Source of the DNA: an uncultured Candidatus Poseidoniales archaeon
Lineage (GTDB): Archaea > Thermoplasmatota > Poseidoniia > Poseidoniales > Poseidoniaceae
Assembly: GCA_964014905.1 (NCBI GenBank)
Contig: CAXHCG010000002.1
Location: 1-32,910, forward strand
Length of the DNA: 32,910 nt
Direction of reading: 5' to 3'
Shown here in pieces: positions 31,601-32,910 of this stretch. Position 1 is the stretch's first letter; each line of letters starts with the position of its first letter. The notes under the pieces were generated by a model. The model saw only the letters and a program-made list of their open reading frames with translations, had not been told where the DNA came from and ran no database searches. The translations under genes were made by a program, and so were the position numbers.

Positions 31601-32910
31601 GCGCCGCTGCTTGGTATCCAGAAGACAATTCACCAACGCTTAGGGACGTTGAATTCTCGTAGGTGTTGTCCGACCCTGAACCGTTCTCGATGACGTAGGT
31701 GTCGACAAAATGCGGCGTATTGAGGTGTGGAAGAGCACCGTGATGACGCAATTCGACCGATGCCTTCGTTGCGTTGAACACCACCGTGTTCAAGTCGGGG
31801 AGTTGGAAGTGATAGGCGGACGACCAGTTGCCGATCTGATTGGTGGCTGAGACCGCACGAACGCGCCAATACCATGTGTTCCCATCGTCCAAATCGGATT
31901 GGAGTGAGAACGAGGCGTTCACAATGTCAAAGCCAGCGTCGTTCCACGAAGTATAGGTCAGGCTGTTCACCGAAGAGAAGTCACTCTGCGTATCGAGTTG
32001 TACAATGTAGCCCGTGAGCGCCATGGTCCCTGAAAAGGTCCATTCGAGTTCAGGTTGGGTGATGGGTGTGAGATCAACACCGGTGCCGATGGACCATGAA
32101 CCGTTCAGCGGCAGGGCCGGCGACGGATCGGACGGCAGGGCGTCCGATCCAGGGACGTAAACAAAGGAAAGTTCAGGGCGATTGGCCATGGAGTCTTCAG
32201 CCGTGCTGAAGTAAGCGGTCCGAGCACCACCCGAGCCAGCCCCGAGCATGCCGACAATGAAGTCAACGCGCCGGTCTTCCCGCATGGCGTTTTGAACGGC
32301 AAGCGTGACGTTCCACTCAACATCGTCACCTTCTGAATAGGAGGTGCCGACGCCGACACTGGCCAAAAGCGAGCCGCGCTCTGTTCCTTTAGCGCCTGCC
32401 GTGCCCCAGGAGTTTGAACCGTCATAGCTTCCCCACGTCGCATCCTCTGCGCTCCAGTCGTTTTGGTTGCTTTCCCAAACGCCGATGGTCGGAGAGCCGA
32501 ACGTGGTCGAGGTGAGCGACATCGACAGATGAGCGGACTCAACGGCGTAGCCGGTAGGGAGGAGGTTCGAGACCAAATTGCATCCAACCAAACCCGTGAT
32601 CTCGCCACCGAAGGGGCTGTAGTCAATCGTCAACTCTGAGTCACCGTCGAAATTGTCATTCGTTGCAGAACTGTCGATGTATGTGTCCATGCATTCAGGG
32701 TACTGGTTATCCTGTGAGCCGTTTCCATGCTTCAGCCTGAATTCGTAGCGGTCACCGCCCAGCCATATGCTCTCGAGAGAGGAGACCAAGAAACTGGAAC
32801 TTTCCCACGCCCCGTAGTGTCCGTCGCTGTCAACGGTGGCCATGCGCCAGAAGTACATGTTCCCAACCTCCAACGTTCGGTCGCCGGTCATGTCAAGGGC
32901 ACCATCGGAA
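25641..32910 (-). CDS. Giant surface protein, 5'-partial (more than 2,420 aa): 5 x [FN3-like + DNRLRE-like] supermodules, about 8 Big_2-like Ig domains, TM, poly-Asp, (GPxGPAP)5 and a Trp-rich terminal motif
   Basis: The frame is open to the window edge: upstream of the track's Met the codons read SDGALD with no stop. FN3-like strands YWRVRAVSATNQIGNWSSAYHFQLP recur five times. Each is followed by a module shaped like DTY..N......LLR..L..P.GA.V..A.L.L......W.E...TW......DVT..VQ....F.S.E...RP.L.L.Y. The TM helix is YYVGAGLLGVVALVLLGLGVMFM. Confidence 0.9.
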   Translation of the reverse strand, partial: SDGALDMTGDRTLEVGNMYFWRMATVDSDGHYGAWESSSFLVSSLESIWLGGDRYEFRLKHGNGSQDNQYPECMDTYIDSSATNDNFDGDSELTIDYSPFGGEITGLVGCNLVSNLLPTGYAVESAHLSMSLTSTTFGSPTIGVWESNQNDWSAEDATWGSYDGSNSWGTAGAKGTERGSLLASVGVGTSYSEGDDVEWNVTLAVQNAMREDRRVDFIVGMLGAGSGGARTAYFSTAEDSMANRPELSFVYVPGSDALPSDPSPALPLNGSWSIGTGVDLTPITQPELEWTFSGTMALTGYIVQLDTQSDFSSVNSLTYTSWNDAGFDIVNASFSLQSDLDDGNTWYWRVRAVSATNQIGNWSSAYHFQLPDLNTVVFNATKASVELRHHGALPHLNTPHFVDTYVIENGSGSDNTYENSTSLSVGELSSGYQAAALLRIPLNEVPQPAGARVTGAELSLFSEYGSIEDEPVAIRPVLQPWTTSANGTTYDGTNAWNQLGGRGIGTDVGGYVDLVDSVADDWMDFDVTEAVQAALAAGHNHVSLMVYASSQTTDEITFTSTEGSASERPYLTLVWEDGTVATPTVSGVNAGPNNAAIVWDTTSHALMADRLPTFSWTYSGSTTVTGWRVFMQADANDDMAGLYTYDSRVATADFDVTNRTFTPPQELDFAQEIRWMVQPMNNGMLGPRSTSTVFYLPNDFGEEINSTYANLSIQEGAIVPSLSYPNVMYDTYLDTGNIYTNRGSSSALFVGRSSVSTSNQNLRSMSLLNMDFSGLPLPGTYEVIDASLELSAYNTYQSTLIAVGETTSAWSESSVFAYPAGNNSTWAASGGYSGDDFDVPFNPAQWVNSSGTVAFNVTGLVQHALARNSAELDVVLFPVERNNGVAGRVSFASSDATSIDLRPRLNLTYRTIDAWTPSQPTGLLPADGTTLWDLTKALPSGMNSTDFTWNLTYSNHTQIAACGGIDPWFLNEELTTCWTHEEIMSGAYGNDTFDFLNNTYNDAELYKGDLWQYWRIRADQGDRIGEWSSVNKLRIPVDQGSDDGNGNNTVNLSRGSIFETTGLLPTVLDVEIDSNATVNRGGSTTMVLGINALGTGQSRVLMEFDLTNIPWPSAMTPTQMMLRLYQPGVSGTSSTTIAAYPCSGFTESSVVWATAPLCSTSEITRSTLTLTNPFGWMEWDLTSLAQSNIANGNTTMTFMLAMVGSTGSSHSFYSSEYSNPAYRPHLVLDYVDNVNGIVPPGQPSLNSPADGEVLYGETNGLLIASTQPALSWTPVSGATGYIVTIANETGVYKFRSWEDSEITNTTFRFARNLSEGQLFSWWVQGVNQSIPGPSSSRWSFAIGDPNQQYNNDYTYTYEFQTGNEVAAFGHTNVQDTALYSEYANTNFAGEPTISTGTYCGTLWTDECRINVALNAAQIPFPMYQNVHSASLGLYVESWESVQGATSVSFSVHPITNANWGQASATWNGTTAGGTWGAPGMQAGVDYASAVSTTVVNVDTEGWIWFDVSTLGMTITNQQAWTIIATPNTGYAHASFYSGTSTINRPQVLFNTTNITSVSISPTGAQTTDADTAVNFNSVAYDHLSMVQAPPMTWSSSSGNIGSNGLFTPNSAGNVTITSCFGLVCGHQNITVTAGAPTELVVSPLTATITADETLEITAHMVDQHGNMVLSEPILFTPTNGSMLGSVFQPYAAGAHSVRVAHDVPSGEFVDVAITVLPGSPAYFVLGGCEGTVPAGVWCAITIDLYDQFGNDLDVSSAGNLTWTTTNGNYSEVNQEYFPDHVGVWWLNLTSVSGAMAELQITVGYGAIDYLELNTSSTSITADDRVYINTTRVDVRGNRLSVVLPADNWTKTSDGQLTPGAPAIWDPVKTGSKILEARYETTLTQITIDVVKGEIQTLRLEVDDVISTWAHFDLTADETLEADVFAIDAKGNQWAIVVNWTLDHPGMGDSSSFLEVLNGDSTTFTPYFASDEPYMLTATYDAGTTVHAVSINMTVDHGFLHTVSIQGTANDPDRSTGAVFELTSDFAVDFLSDLYDTDTNRIASDELTWVEVNVDTGDVQDITTQLLLDGMRWEASAVGEWRIEAYSISGTGFNISDGITITVLHGEAVTVEADVSLATPTAGDRVDIQVTGTDADGNQFAQDVEWTENGGVVPTLSIITTSEGTYTYDAQVAGVHTLQYAVGGAVSTTEITVSAQSIVARLDVNLSTESLEQLTSLDVSIRAFDAFDNEIPVPGSIQVEATGRATATMTSSDLWTITTLDDGPQTITVSVGAERVNKEITVEGTLAGFFEAGGTLYYVGAGLLGVVALVLLGLGVMFMRGGRLDDWDDDDDYDDDDDRPSGPTGPAPGPTGPAPGPSGPAPGPSGPAPGPSGPPPEEHSEDEPEEEAIETNVDEDGTEWWEDEEGTWWFRLAGEEEWQEYSE
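25785..25895 (-). repeat. In-frame 21-nt tandem repeat, five copies, encoding GPTGPAP-GPTGPAP-GPSGPAP-GPSGPAP-GPSGPPP in the cytoplasmic tail of the giant protein
   Basis: Plus-strand units are aggaggaggtccgcttggtcc / aggggcaggaccacttggacc / aggggcaggaccggatggtcc / cggagcaggaccggtgggacc / cggtgccggacccgtgggtcc. The copies differ mainly at synonymous positions. Confidence 0.9.

Noticed and set aside
1-32910. Search for tRNA, rRNA, CRISPR, transposase/integrase, toxin-antitoxin or known defence genes
   Set aside because: None found. Every gap between the supported CDSs is 125 bp or shorter, and no ORF shows nuclease, transposase, integrase or Cas-like motifs by eye.

Overview
The window is almost entirely coding, with intergenic gaps of 0-125 bp, and both ends fall inside very large surface-protein genes. 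Bases 8-40 are an exact Illumina Nextera/Tn5 adapter, so the left end is a library or assembly artefact. I see no rRNA, tRNA, CRISPR array or transposase.

The expression signals and gene content look archaeal. AspRS is the archaeal/eukaryotic type and a TrmI m1A methyltransferase is present. First genes of transcription units carry AT-rich TATA-like boxes about 25-31 nt upstream of the start codon, while genes inside operons are preceded by GAGGTG-type Shine-Dalgarno sites. A streamlined marine heterotrophic euryarchaeote (Marine Group II/Poseidoniales-like) is my guess, not a demonstrated fact.

Content falls into three groups:
- **Surface proteins.** There are four giant secreted or surface proteins: 1..2387 (partial), 3305..7315, 23028..25628 and 25641..32910 (partial, more than 2,420 aa). 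They are built from CARDB-like, cadherin-like, Big_2-like and FN3-like + DNRLRE-like modules. One carries an embedded SGNH-type esterase domain.
- **Shared anchor design.** The three whose C-termini are visible share an unusual layout: a single transmembrane helix, basic residues, a poly-acidic tract, then a tiny cytoplasmic module. That module is a CPxC...CPxC zinc ribbon in one protein and a Trp-rich beta-hairpin-like motif in the other two.
- **Metabolic genes.** A plus-strand block at 9854..17829 encodes an alpha/beta hydrolase, an SDR, a TPR protein, a luciferase-like oxidoreductase, an asparaginase-II-family protein, an aldehyde dehydrogenase, a LON-N domain protein and PanB. It is followed by an AmnB/AmnA-like class III extradiol dioxygenase pair whose degenerate subunit is fused to a RidA deaminase domain, and then by an APC transporter ending in an EF-hand pair.

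The leads I rate highest are the co-transcribed giant surface-protein operon with its conserved cytoplasmic tail modules, and the dioxygenase-RidA fusion. All domain calls come from reading motifs by eye and need HMM or structure confirmation.
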